Assembly (NCBI GenBank): GCA_903813345.2
Contig: CAIIXF020000001.1
Location: forward strand, 10,912,001 to 10,976,000
DNA length: 64,000 nucleotides
DNA from: Owenia fusiformis
Lineage: Eukaryota
Reading direction: 5' to 3'
Shown in pieces: positions 10,901 to 23,870 of this stretch. Every line of letters begins with the position of its first letter. The stretch's first letter is position 1. Below the pieces are notes generated by a model. The model was not told the DNA's origin and ran no database searches. It saw only the letters and a program-made list of their open reading frames with translations. A program made the translations under genes and the position numbers.

Positions 10901-13900
10901 ACACCAGAAAACCCCAGTGAAAAAGAGGAACCCACACATACAATAATAGGCAAAGTAAGGATCAATTATGTATCATATATTGGAAAAGTAATGGGCAATG
11001 AGGCTCAATGAAATGAAAATTGATGCAAAATAATGGACGAAAAGGCTCAATGAAATGAATATTGACACATATGGGCAAAATAAGTTATGTAAATAGTCCA
11101 CAATGTTAAACTGAAGACGGTATTTCTTCCAAGTTGATATGTAATGGACCAGACAAATGATAATTTTCAATGGTCATCAACAATCTTAACAATGGGTTGT
11201 CAGAAAATGTTCATCCATTCCATAATTCTCACATTGCAAGAGAGACAAAGTGTTATATGAGTACATATGTTTATCCCAGACTTTATAAGAATATATTTCA
11301 CCTCATTAGTTGAAGCTTGGACAATATGTTGTATGTTTATTCCAGACTATATATGAAGGTATCTCACATCATTGGCGGGACAATGTGTTTGCTACATGTG
11401 GCCAGCAGGTCGACATATGGAATGTAGACAGGGCTGAACCCGTGAGGACATTTACATGGGGGGTGGACAGTATTAGTCACATAAAGTATAATCACATAGA
11501 GGTAGGAATTTTGGACAAATTGGATAGAACTCTTTGTTAAATTCAGTTCAGGTAAAATCATAAATGTAATTCTTGTGATCTGGAACCAGTTAATGACACT
11601 TAATATTATTACTGTATTGTGTAATTTTATTTAAAATTTGTTTAAAGTTGGAGTTAGAGTGCATCCTTTGTGCTGCTCATGTTTACATGTATTACATCTA
11701 GCCTTGATGCGTTGATGTACATTTGTACTGTATTTTGAAATCATGCTATCCTGTTAATATTTGTTTAATTGTTTTATAATGTTCTGGCCAATATTAAGGT
11801 TACTTTTCATATTTTAGACACATTTACTAGCTGCCACAGCCTCAGACAGGAGTATCATGTTATATGATATGAGAGGATCAAATCCTCTTCGTAAAGTGAT
11901 TTTAAAACTTCGCTCCAATGCAATAGCCTGGAACCCTATGGAGGCATTCATCTTTACAGTCGCTAATGAAGATTATAAGTAAGAATCCTACTACTTTCTT
12001 CAATCTAAATGTGTGTTTTTGGACCATTTTTGATTAAAAGATTAATAAACCAAGAAAAACGTTTGTTTGCCAAATTTTATCATAGATTGATTGAAATATG
12101 AATAGTCCTCGAAAGTTGTTGGTTGTGACCTCATTAGGACTACAGTTTGCAGTCGATCTATTATCAGCTAATATTAATACTGGATCCTTAAACATGAAAA
12201 CATCATTTAAATTGATATTCAATTTTGAAATTATGTTTCACATAGAAAGAGATGTTTTTGTAAAAGGGAATTATGAGAAATGGTAAGTCTTCTCTTGTAA
12301 CATATATTGTTACAGCCATCCTTTCTTTTGTTACCTGAGTTAGGCAGATAGTTACACTTTGGTAACCATTTGTTACTAGGTGATGTTGTCATGCCAATTG
12401 CAGTGTTCGCGTTGACGCCGTTTTTTGCCATTTTTACGGAAATTTCAGAAGGTTGGACGTAAAAAGCAAAATCAACTTACGTCCCTAGGACGCAAAAATT
12501 ATAAACTGCTTCAAGATAACTTTTACTGCAGCACAGTAGCGGTGAAACATGATTTTCATCAAGATTTTCAAACTCACTACCTTATATGCGAGCAATGATC
12601 CAGGTATATTTATATCGACAAATCTGATTGGCTATCATGACTACCGAAGATTAACAGAGTTTCCAGTATGAGACATGGATTTTGATTGGTTCCGATATAT
12701 TCCGGAAAATGCCGCAATCGAAATGGAGGATCAAAACATACAATATTGCAGAAATCCCCTGTGGTTCCCCACAAATTGAAGCGATTGTTTTTCACGATTA
12801 TTTTTATTATTTCCACTAGAAACCATTATATATCGATATAATGTTATACATCAAGATAATTGTTTAATGATAGATCGAGGTTTTTCAGAATAAGGAGAAA
12901 TGCTAATAAAAAGAAGCAAAAGTTCACGACCTTGACATGACCTTCAAGATCGCAAGTTTGTAAAATGTGAAAACAAAACTCTTAATTTGAGCATTTCCTT
13001 TATTCATTTCGGACTATTTTGGTATAACATTACTTAAGAATTGTGTGAAAAGGACCCAGTGATAGATATTTATCGGGAGGATGCATCAAATTACAATATA
13101 TGTCATTTTTATCCCATTTTAGTGTAAGCACTTTATTATCGCCCACTTTATTTTCACTTTCACAATATTTTCTTGAACTTTGTGAAGAAATAAGAGGGAC
13201 GCAAAAAAATTAGATGGGGACTCAAATTTTTCAAATGGGTTGCGTCCCTGGGACTCAGAAATTTTAATGGCTAGCGCAAACACTGCAATTGTTATCTTTT
13301 ATTTGCAGTTTATATACATTTGATATGAGGAACCTAAAAGAGCCCCTAAATCTTCACATGGACCATGTCTCTGCAGGTAAATATTATTTTCTATTCACTT
13401 TTCAATTTATATTTTACAAACTGTGAATGATATAGTAAAGTACATTTAAATCCTGTAAAATAATTATTTTTGTCCAAGAATGTTATTTTTCCAGATACCT
13501 TAAAACTTAGGTTTACTAATTCCTGTTAAAAGTTTATATACCACATTAAAAAGGCATATGTTAAAAAGGCAGCAACATTGAATGGCCCTTTTTACTGTGC
13601 TATTGTACTTTTATATATGATTTTTTTACATTCTATTGCAGTGCTTGATGTAGATTATTCCCCAACTGGTAAAGAGTTTGTCAGTGGAAGCTATGATAAA
13701 TCCATAAGAATTTTCCCAATTGAGAAAGGAAGGAGCAGGTAGTGATAGGATTATTTTATAGTAAAGGGAAGCGTGTGTATTTGAATACCTCTTTAAACAC
13801 CTCTCAATCACCCTATGCAGACAGAGCCTGTGGGAAATATTGGGTGCGGCGCAAATGAGCGGAGGGTGAGGAGCTAACGGTCATTTTTGAATTTAAAATT

Positions 13901-16140
13901 GGGATATTTCTGAAACTAAGCCGTTTTGGGACTTCGAATATACCAAGATATGTGTATTTGACACCAAATATCAATAAAATTGTGAAAATAGTAGTGCAAT
14001 TCATTTTATAGCGACGCAGTATGCCTTAAACATTTCCCAGACCTATATATTTTGAGACTATCCTTTTAATACTGCGTCCCCAGCATTCATAAAAAATGGT
14101 GTTCAAGATACACTACCCATGCAAATTACTTTTGCATCTTGGAAGCCAGGCAGTATCTGTGTGATTTTATAAAAATTCGGAAATGTTCTTCAGATATGAG
14201 CCCCCTCTAAATATTGGGTGCGGAGGTACGTTTATGGAGCTCCTCCGTACCCAATATTTAGAGGGGGCTCATATCTGAAAAACATTTCCGAATTTTTATA
14301 AAATCACACAGATACTGCCTGGCTTCCAAGATGCAAAAATAATTTGTATAGATAGTGTACCTTGAACACCATTTTTATGAATGCTGAGGACTCAGTATTA
14401 AAAGGATAATTTCAAAATATATAGGTCTGGGAAAGGTTTAAGGCACACTGCGTCGCTATAGAATGAATTGCGCTACTATTTTCACAATTGTATTGATATT
14501 TGGTGTCAAATACACATATCTTGGTATATTTGAAGTCCCAAAACAGCTTAGTTTCAGAAATATCCCAAATTTAAATTCAAAAATAACCGTTAGCTCCGCA
14601 CCCTCCACTCATTTGCTCCGCACCCAATATTTCCCACGGGCTCTGTCTGCATAGGGTGTCAATATGGATACTTTTTTCAGATTTTTTTTAATCTGTCAAT
14701 AGACTCGCCATGTTAAAAAAAAATTGAAATGAGAACACCTGCCAATCTGAACACTTTTGGCTAGTCTCAGTGTTGTAAAAATTAGACAGGTTTTACTGTA
14801 TGTTGTATCCATTCAAAAATTACTTAGTTACAAATCAGTGGATATATCCAGCTTTTATTCAAAACGAAGATTCTCCACAGTGTACTTGATGCTGTTATAG
14901 ATCACTCAGTTTGTTTTTCTCAAATGTGTGGCAAAATCTTCTCATATTTCATAATACATGTCTTCTATTATTTTACAGGGAAGTGTACCATGCCAAGAGA
15001 ATGCAACGGGTATCTTGCGTGAAATGGTCAAGGGATAACAAATACATTCTATCTGGATCTGACGAAACTAATATAAGAATCTGGAAAGCTAATGCTTCTG
15101 AAAAACTAGGCGTTGTAAGTTATTAATGACAATAATACAAGGTATTTTTCATTCAACTTGTGTATATAATTGTCTGTTAAATCTATATAAAAGGGTCAAT
15201 TCAATAAATTTTTGATGTGAGTCTCCTGGAAACCATATAAGATGTCTTTTTGGGTTCTCACCTAGTTTTCAGCTTTCTTTCAATCCTTCTATAACAATCT
15301 CGGAAAAATATTGATATTCTTGTTGTAGTCTCATTTCACTCTTAGTTGAACTTCATGTCATATGATGTATTTCCAAGCTATTTTCTATTTGTAGTATGAG
15401 TACTGAGAACTCATTTTTCCTAAATTCACTCACTGTGGTCAAACGGAAAGCGCATTGCTTAGCTGTAGCAACTTAAAATGATAATTTCATTGTAGTTGAA
15501 ACCAAGAGAAAGGGCAGCTTTCAATGAAGTCACTAAGTTGAAAGAAAAATTCGTTCATCATCCCAAAGTACGACGTATCATCAAACATCGCCATGTACCT
15601 GGTATGATTTACTCAGCGAAGAAGGAGCATGCTATCATAAAGGAATCACGCAAGAGGAAGTGAGTAGAGTTATTCAGCTCATGTTATTTGCTCATGTATC
15701 AAACATGTTGTGTACGATTTTCACAAAAATTTGATGTTTTCAACAGTGTTTGCTTGTGCAAAATTGATGGATTTAATTTTTTATAATCTATACATGTAAT
15801 GTATATTCTAACAAAATGTGCAATAACAGGAAAAATCTTCAGTCATATTGGCTATTATACCAGAAAATCATAGAATCTCATCTTTATTCATCAAATAAAA
15901 GTAATTTTCACAAGTTTGAAATGTAAATCTTGTTCCATAGTGATGTGTGGTATTAATTGGCTATTCCAAATTTGCCAAAAAAACACTGTTTACTGCAGTA
16001 AGGTAGGATCACCTCTCTTGACTTTCTCCTAAATTATTTGTTCTTGTTTCAGGGAGCACAATAGACGAGTCCATAGCAAGCCTGGGGCTGTACCATTTGT
16101 GGCAGAGAAGAAGAAACATGTTGTGGCTGAGCTAGAATAA
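7918..16140 (+). CDS. DCAF13: DDB1- and CUL4-associated factor 13 (WDSOF1/Sof1, U3 snoRNP WD40 protein), complete, 11 coding exons, 445 aa
   Basis: Exons 7918-7987, 10032-10231, 10470-10577, 10865-10954, 11346-11501, 11818-11978, 13309-13376, 13642-13738, 14979-15114, 15496-15659, 16053-16140. All are GT-AG and phase-consistent, totalling 1338 nt. The protein starts MKVKLLCRNPDEYIRETKKDIHKVPRNYDPALHPFE and contains WNPMEAF, DYSPTGKEFVSGSYDKSIRIF and a Sof1 C-terminus (IWKANASEKLG...RHVP). Confidence 0.97.
12401..13285. mobile_element. hAT-like MITE in DCAF13 intron 6, with a probable nested insertion
   Basis: Imperfect TIRs CAGTGTTCGCG ... GCGCAAACACTG. CAATTG lies on both sides but is palindromic, so TSD versus TIR is ambiguous. 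GGACGC/GCGTCC subterminal motifs. Confidence 0.55.
13809..14658. mobile_element. 850-bp near-perfect palindromic (foldback) DNA element with CAC...GTG ends and a 5-bp TSD; Transib-like
   Basis: CACCCTATGCAGACAGAGCC ... GGCTCTGTCTGCATAGGGTG. Arms of ~418 bp surround a ~15-nt loop (14227-14241). TCAAT at 13804-13808 and 14659-14663. Mirror ORFs 13813-14004 (-) and 14463-14654 (+). Confidence 0.8.
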
Positions 16141-16164
16141 GGTCAAAGGTCAGCATGTAGTTAA

Positions 16165-16332
16165 GTGGGGCTTCATGAATGGGCCTGCATGCGGGAGGCT
16201 CCATTTTGGAACTCCATGTTGGGGACTCCCTGAAGGGGGATTCCTCATTGGGGACCACTTTTTGGGCTCCATTTGGGGAAATTTCCTGACGGGGGACTCT
16301 ATGAAGGGAAACTCCATGAAGGGAGCTCTGAG
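16165..16332. repeat. Degenerate short tandem repeat (GGGGACTCCATG-like) in the DCAF13 3' UTR
   Basis: About 12 variants such as ggggcttcatg, ggaactccatg, ggggactccctg and ggaaactccatg begin ~25 nt after the stop codon. Confidence 0.6.
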
Positions 16333-16677
16333 TCATGATGTTGTGAACTAATGTATAATAGCATACATATGATATACAGCAAAGGACATTGGATATTATA
16401 TATCACATTCAACTTGTGTGATACATTGTTAAAAATATGGACTGCTAATTATAAAATTGAAAAGTGCAAATTGTTCTTTTAAAGTGAATCTTTAAAAGAT
16501 GAACATGGGAAGAGGATATATTTAACTATAATAAAAGTACAAATGTCTGTGTAAATAATTGTAAAAATATACGGTTTTGTAATTGTTATTCCAAGCTAAT
16601 GAAGTTTAGTTGGAATATTGAGAAGCTCTGTTATAAGCTTGTTATAATATTATCTTAGTATAAGAAATTTATTTCCA

Positions 16678-16987
16678 TTATTACCACCTTGTCGAGCCTG
16701 TTCTAAGGGTATTAGTACTAGTTTGGAAGGCTTATATTTTACTATGTTGATCTGAGCAATATGTGATGTCATAGTGGCAGGCTGTAGTAGCGGGCCAAAA
16801 TTGATATTTCAGCCTGGTAATGTTCCCCAGGAAATGAGATAACGTTCAGTGCGTATAATTTTTGTTCAGTTGCAGTCCATTCTTGAAGTTTTTAGCCCTG
16901 GGCATAAGGTGGTAATAATACTAATGACCTCATATCAGCGGGCAATATTTCACGATATTGCCTTTTGAAATGAGGTTATTTGTATAT
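16678..16987. mobile_element. Short non-coding element whose interior carries the reverse complement of its joined ends (Crypton/mini-DIRS-like)
   Basis: Left end TTATTACCACCTT (16678-16690) is complemented at 16906-16918. It is followed directly by 16919-16948, which complements the right end 16955-16984. Confidence 0.6.
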
Positions 16988-17234
16988 TGAAATTGGCTTA
17001 TTTGAGGTTGTATTCTAAATCCAATTTTAATATTTCCCCAATATTTAATTGGAAGATTTGTTGTATCTTGGATTTGTATAAGGCCACAGGAATATTTCTG
17101 TCCATTTTCAGATAGTTTTGTTACTTTAGTGTACAGAAATTCATATTGTCAGTTTCAAATTTATTTATTTCTCATCAAAAAATAGGTAACATTTTATTTC
17201 ACTTTTATGTTCTACACTCTGCATCCTCACTTTC

Positions 17235-20200
17235 TTATTCATTATATTCGCAAGGTGTTGGTTTGTCTGAAATAAGAAATCAATTATGCACAATCAATAA
17301 GTTAAATATAGTATATGAATATCATTGTATATGTGGCCTTCAGTGGTTTACATGATGTTGAATTTTTCCATATACCTTTGAATTTAAGCCTACAAGCTCA
17401 ATCACCACACATTATTTATCAATTTAGAGAACATAAAATGCATGGAAGTAAAATATTACAGTAAAACCTGTCTTTGTGAACACCTGTCTCTAGTAGACAA
17501 CCTTCCTCCACACATACTCTACTGACTTCTGTATAAATTACCTTCTCTGTAGTGAACACCTACCAACATTTAACATTATTTCCTGACAAAAATGTTCAAT
17601 ATACACAGGTTTTATAGTAGATCTGTAGTTGTATATTTGAGGGTCATACCATGTATATTTACTTACCGGAGCATATCTGCTCAGTTAGATATAAATTGAC
17701 CAAATCAAGGTCTTCAAATGATCCATTCTCAGATGGTCTCTGCATGTCTACAATGGTGCAACCAATTGGCTCTGAAGCCATGTGCTTCCATTCCCGCTCA
17801 TATCCATCTATTATATTATTGTTATTTGGAAGTCCTATTTTGGAGGAAAAATGATATGAAGTCAAAATACACAACCAACTGTGAAAACAATATGAAATAA
17901 TTAAATATATGAAGAGAAATGGGGGAAAAGGATATTGGTTAACCTGGGATTGCTAATTATATGGTATTTTAAAACAGTTGTTTTGTAGAAATTGCATTTA
18001 AAATAATGTTAAGTAGAATGTATGTTACAAATCACCTGTTTGGCATTTGGGTAACATTTTTTCTGTTACTTACTGAAGTATAATACAATGAAAAAAAAAT
18101 TCTTGAAACGTTATCCTCCACAATGGTACTTTTTATTATATTATTTAAACAAAGTAACAGAAACACGATTTTTACCAACTATACGCAGTTCTGCTCCATA
18201 ATCCTTTAATTTCTTGGCCGCTTTTATGGTATCTTCTCCACTATCAACTGCCCTTTGCTTTGGTTTCCAAGTTCTGCCATCAGTTGCTATTACAACTGTT
18301 TTCTTGCATTCTCTTTTAGATGTTTTAAGTTGTTCTAGGGCTTTCTCTGTAATATGCAATACATAAATGTCGTTCTCAGGGTTTCATAATTGTTCTGTAA
18401 GAATTATTATATATCTAGCTGTTGGGCAACAATTTTGGCAGCTAATGTTTTATTGGTGTCTTTACTCAGTCTTAAGCTGCATTATCTAATTCACAAAATG
18501 ATCTAAGGCTCTATTTACTTACCTAGGGCAATATGGGTTGAAGTGAATTTTGTTGTTCTAGTTGAGATTTTTTTCACAATTTTGATGAGATCAGTCTTGC
18601 CATGCTGTCCTAGTTTGGAATGGATGGTTACTTTTCCCCCATATGTTAACAGTGCAATCTGAAGTAGATACAAATGGGGAATTTGTTGAACAGAATCTTG
18701 ATCCCTTTATGAAACTGGAGCTTTGAATTGAATATAAACAGTGAACAAAGTCAATATTTCACCAGGTATTTATTTGTTGATAGAATACCTGGTAATATGT
18801 GAAGTCATAGCGGCGGCCTGTAGTAATGACATTCCTTAAATATATATGTGGTACCTTGCCCCCTTTTCTAAGTGTAATACTTTTCTGTAATGAAATAAAT
18901 ATTTTACATACACCAAATATATACCTGCAGTCCTTCAGTCCTATTGAGCATAGCTGGTTCCAGTATTGTTTTTTGAACATTCAAATAGTTTTTGAAAAAA
19001 TCAAGCAAAAGAACAATATCCTTTGTCTTGATACTGTTTGACTTGTCCAGAATAAACACCACATCGGCAGCTGCACAACAGGGCTGCCCTACAAAGTATT
19101 TCAAGCATCTTATTTCCTACTTGGATTGAAGATATTGATTTTGAGTTAAAAGATTCATGGTCTAATGTACAAAATCTAGAAAAAATAATTTGTGCAAGTT
19201 ACATTCATTATTTTGTATTTTGAGCTTTTTGTCTTCTTTTTTTATCTGCTGAAATTGTCCATCATTTTCACAGTAATCACTGACAAGTTCCATGACAGAA
19301 CAAAAATAAGTTGATTGCAAACCATTTCAGCTCCTTAGGTGAATGGCAAAAAGGTATACTTGTTCATGACATTCTTACCTGTTCCATATAACAAATGAAT
19401 ATTTATTGTTTGATCCTTATTAACCCCAAGGTTCGAACATGGAATCAACTCTGGATGATAATCATGTTGTCCAACATGCGCAATTCTTGGCAAAATTGAC
19501 CACTCATCTACCCCACTTGCATCTATTATATTACTTTTAGTTGGAGGAATCCTCACCACTTGGATGTTTATCGAGCCTTCTCTCTGTATTTCAAGTGCTG
19601 CATTCATAGTTTTGGTTTTTACTTCATTTATGTCAGTATAGAAATCTCCTCTAGTGATACCATCAGTGAAGATTATGATGTGATCGGAAAAGCCATTCTT
19701 ATCTTTATTTTTGAAAAGTTTTCTACATGCGTCTAGTGCTTTATATGTTAGGGCTTGGCAGTCAGTACATTCTTCATTCTTTGTTTCTCCCCACACTTCT
19801 TTTATTTTCTCAACCTCTGAAGACCATGGCAGTATAACTTTTGCATCTTTGCTATATGTCACCAATGAAAAACTTGGATTTGCAGCTTTGTCAAGTATTG
19901 TAAGGATGTCATCTTTTACACTTTTCAGAACCTCGGCTCGCCGTTCTTCAGTCTCACGGCAAGATGTCTGGACAATGAAGCAGTAATCATCAAAGGTTTC
20001 ATCTAGAATATAATAAAATATGATATAGCAGCAAATGTCAATATCAAGAACCATAGGGTGAAGCCTGTAGGGTGTAGATTATGTAGTTTGTATTTATATT
20101 TATAAAGCCAGGAATTATTTTAAATCACTTACTTTTGCATCTTGGTGGGTATGTTTGTGGTGACAGACGAACACCATAGCGGTCTCGCAAACTCTGTATA

Positions 20201-20265
20201 CCCACTGCTTCACTCATGGGCAGACTACACAGCATTACCAGTGTTGTGATTATAAGAATCGACAT
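17235..20265 (-). CDS. Secreted protein with two tandem von Willebrand factor A domains (paralog A), ~475 aa
   Basis: Exons 20265-20133 (signal peptide MSILIITTLVMLCSLPMSEA), 20002-19379, 19088-18925, 18658-18523, 18346-18176, 17834-17667, 17266-17235. All GT-AG, in phase, 1428 nt. vWA1 motifs: DYCFIVQTSCR / FSLVTYS / TYKAL / IIIFTDG. vWA2 motifs: ADVVFILDKSNSI / IALLTYG / THIALEKA / VVIATDG. AATAAA lies just downstream (~17195). Confidence 0.88.
17459..17617. mobile_element. Short TA-flanked MITE (CAGTAAAACCTG family, Tc1/mariner/pogo-like) in the last intron of vWA paralog A
   Basis: ta|CAGTAAAACCTGT ... ACAGGTTTTATAG|ta. Related ends CAGGTTTTACTG also occur at ~791 and ~14787. Confidence 0.55.
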
Positions 20266-20738
20266 TGTGGACAAATGCAGCTTGAAAAGTATGAAGAGCA
20301 GCAAATGAATTTCAAATTATATTAAATATTGACAATTGCATCTTCATTTACTGAATAGAGTATTGAATTGATCATTCAATGCAGCAACAAAACTATCAAG
20401 AATTCTTAATTTGACAATAGAAAAAAAAATTTCTTGTTTCTCTTATTTCAAATTCTGAAACATTTGTGACATGTAGAGATATTCTTTCCAAATGTACATA
20501 GATGTGTGTTTTAAATGTTTACATGCAAAGCCTATTTCATCCATAAACAGAATTAAATTAGTGTAACTAAGAAGCAGTTTTCAGTATATTTTGTCCATCA
20601 TTTCTTATCATTTCTGTTAAGTAAGTAATGAAAGAATATATACATTTATTTCTCAGCAAAGCCTTTTTTCTGAAATATTCAAAAATTCAATCTCACTAGG
20701 AAATAATGCGAATAGAAAAGAAATTAGTAAAAACTTAC

Positions 20739-20792
20739 CTGTTGTTCACTGTGTAAAAGTGAATCCTTACATAAAAATATCTAGTTTTTATA
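20739..20792 (-). promoter_or_regulatory. Candidate TATA box and short non-coding first exon of vWA paralog A
   Basis: On the minus strand, TATAAAAA at 20792-20785 is followed ~45 nt later by a strong donor CAG|gtaagt at 20739. An acceptor (ttttcaag) lies just upstream of the ATG exon. Confidence 0.4.
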
Positions 20793-20900
20793 CATTTGGA
20801 AATAATAGAATAAATTACTTTTACCACATTATATTGTGGTTGATCAGATTAAAACTCCTCCCACTTACACTGACTGTTCAATCAGCTATATTATTTTTTG

Positions 20901-21800
20901 TTATACCACTGAACGAAGTTTGAGGGGGATATAGGAAAGCTGTCTGTGCGTCCGTCCGTCTGTCTGGGCGATAACTCAAATACCGGTTGACTGATATGAC
21001 TCAAATTTTATAAGCTTATGCCTTATGGCGATAGAACCTCTGCTCGAAAAAGAATTTTCAATATGGCCGCTTAATTCAAAATGGTCACCATTTGGTTCAA
21101 ATTTTATATGCTGATGCCTAGGGTCAAAGTAGGTACGCTTAATAGGAGATTTTCAAAATGGCTGCTAAATATTAAAATGGCGGCCATTTTTCATAAAGAA
21201 TGTAATCTTTGATAACTCAAATACCAGTGAATGGATTTGGTTTAAATTTTATATGACGATGCTTAGGGACAAAGTAAAATTGTTCAAGAAACAATTTTTA
21301 AGATAGCGGCTGAATTTCAAAATTGCAGCCATTTTTCTTAAAAAACGTAATCTTTGATTGCTCAAATATTAGTTGAAATGGCCGCTAAATATCAAAACAG
21401 CGGCCATTTTTCTTAAAAAACTCAAATATCAGTGAACAGATTTGGTTCAAATTTTATATGCTGATGCCTAGGGACAGAGGAGCTACCCTGAAGAAGAGAT
21501 TTTCAAAATGGCTGCTAAATATCAAAATGGCAGCCATTTTTCATAAAAAAACAAATACTCAAATACTAGTTGACGGATTTGGTTCAAATTTTCAAGAAAG
21601 AATTTTCAAGATGGCGGCTGAATTTCAAAATGGCTGCCATTTTTCTTAAAAAATGTAATCTTTAATCAAATACTAGTTGAAGGATTTGGTTCAAATTGTA
21701 TATGCTGATGCCTAAGGATAAAGGAGCTACGCTGAAGAAGAGATTTTTAGGATGGCTGCTAAATATCAAATTAGCAGCTATTTTTCATAAAAAAATCTAC
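20901..21800 (+). mobile_element. Helentron-type non-autonomous element (HINE/DINE-1-like) with internal tandem repeats
   Basis: Starts after a T-run with TTATACCACTGAACGAAGTTTGAGGGGGATATAG and a (GTCY)n microsatellite. Repeated units then contain AAAATGGC.GCCATTTT and GATTTGGTTCAAATTTTATATG. The same family occurs at 34162-35302. Confidence 0.65.
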
Positions 21801-22256
21801 ATCTGCTGAATTGAACACTTTAAATATTGAATGCATCCTTTGTATATACAAAATTTACATTGAAAGTTTAAGGTCATGACTTTGAAATTAATTTAAGAGA
21901 TTTTTGAAAGTTTAACCTTTAACTTATTAATACAATTTTACACCCATTGGAAAGACTGTACTGTGACTGGTTGAACTGAGTTGTATCAATCATACATTTA
22001 ACTGCATGTTGCATGGCAAATAAGGTACAAATCATAAACAAGGAAGTGCAAAATAAGATAGGTAAATAGAATAAATGATAGTCAATAGAAGACTTAATTT
22101 TCCCCCAAAATTTTGACAATATTTGGCTTCTGACAAAAGGCGAATTATCGAAAACAAACAGAGATTTTGGGCACTCGCCCCCTGCTATTGAAAGCCCAGC
22201 TCTTGGTTAAACCAGTTGAGAGGTGGACAACAATCCCGGGAGTGTTTTTTGTTTAG

Positions 22257-22730
22257 CACAGCAAAAAATGTGTACGAATACAACGAATCCTGACGTCAGG
22301 ATACATACAGGATATGCACCCAGTGTGCCAAACCTGTATGAATCCTGATGCCTGGATACATACAGGATTGGCACCGAATGTACATATCCTGTACATATCC
22401 TGTGTCAGGATTTATACAGGATTGGCGTGTGTAGGAATCCAGTATGAATCCTGCATCTGGATTCATACAAGATACGCTCGCAGTGTGCCAATCCTGTATG
22501 AATCCTGATGCCTGGATACATACAGGATTGGCACACAATGTACATATCCTGTACGTATCCAGGCGTCAGGATTTATACAGGATTGGCGCGTGTAGGAATC
22601 CAGTATGAATCCTGCATCTGGATTCATACAGGATACGCTCGCAGTGTGCCAATCCTGTATGAATCCTGACGCTTGGATACATACAGGATTGGCACACTGT
22701 GTGCATATCCCGGATTACATATCCTGCACA
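22257..22730. repeat. Left subterminal repeat array (~55-60-bp partly palindromic units)
   Basis: Repeated ATCCTGTATGAATCCTGA / TACATACAGGATTGGCAC motifs. Confidence 0.9.
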
Positions 22731-23665
22731 TAATTTACAAATTATTGATTGCTATTGTTACTAAAATTTATTACAAAATCCATGTTAATTTGATAAAAAA
22801 ACAATATTTCAATTTTTTCAATCAAACAAATAATCTACTTTCAAAAGTACCTGTACTAGTATCCAAAAGTGAATTTCATTAAAATAAGAATGAACATTTT
22901 GCCATTATTCACAATTATTTTTTCCCTGGACTATTGTGATTTGATATTTGATGCTTAAGAAGCTATAAGACAAATAGTATATATAAATAGCAATATGACA
23001 TACTTTTAAAGAGCCTAATGTCTGCAACCATTTTATAACAGACTTTCAATTAAAAGCCCATTATAACACATAGTCGCAATGGTGGAGGGATTTGGATATT
23101 TGGAATTCCCCTGGCGATTTATCATAACTTATCTGTTTTCGATATTGTTGGTATTTTGCAACCCTTTAATATTCAATTAGCGCTTCAAAAAAGTATTGTT
23201 TTTCAAAAGGTAGGTCAAAAGGGTCAAATCGAGGTCAACATGACATTTTGTGATAAATTGTTAATGTGCGAAAGTACGAAATACGTAGTACAGGTATGTT
23301 CCAGGCGTGACGAGGCGTTTTTATTAATGTTCTACGAATCTAGATTTTATATCACTTGAAACAATGCATAGCCCTTGGTGAGAGGGGGAGGGGAATTACA
23401 GACATCTAACATAGCGTTTTAGTTATGTATAATCATTAATCAAAACAAATAATACCAATTAGTCCACCTTTCTGATTACATTTTGTCCATGTATTTCTGG
23501 ACTTATTTACTTAAGCATTTAGCCAATATGATACAATTAACTACACTTGCGTCAGCCCTTCATCTCCATGCAAATATAATTGTATTCATGTTCGACGGGG
23601 AATAAGAATTTGTTTACCGGCACCCCTGATCATTATCAAGCCCCCTCTAGATATCAGGCCCGTCA

Positions 23666-23870
23666 CAGGCACGTATCCAGGGGGGTTCGAGGGGTTCGAT
23701 TTACCCCCCCCCCCGCAAATAAAATCTTTCAAAATCATGCGGTTTTTCACCATTCTGAACACTTTTTAAGTGATTTCGGCCATTTTTGGACCAACATTGG
23801 CACAAGTAAACCCCCCTTTGGAATTGTTCAAGAAGTGAACCTCCCATGGCAAATCCTGGCTACGGGCCTG
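23666..23870. mobile_element. 205-bp MITE with CAGG ends and a 5-bp TSD
   Basis: CAGGCACGTATCCAGG ... CCTGGCTACGGGCCTG, with CGTCA on both sides (23661-23665, 23871-23875). Confidence 0.7.

Noticed and set aside
13813-14654. Two near-identical 63-aa ORFs on opposite strands
   Set aside because: Mirror images arising from the palindromic element, not genes.
22257-22730. CRISPR-like regular repeats (also 29345-30186)
   Set aside because: No unique spacers, no cas genes and a eukaryotic context. They are the subterminal arrays of one TIR element.
23102-23111. NF-kB-like site GGAATTCCCC between vWA-A and the TLR
   Set aside because: A single short motif inside a transposon, far from either start; expected by chance.
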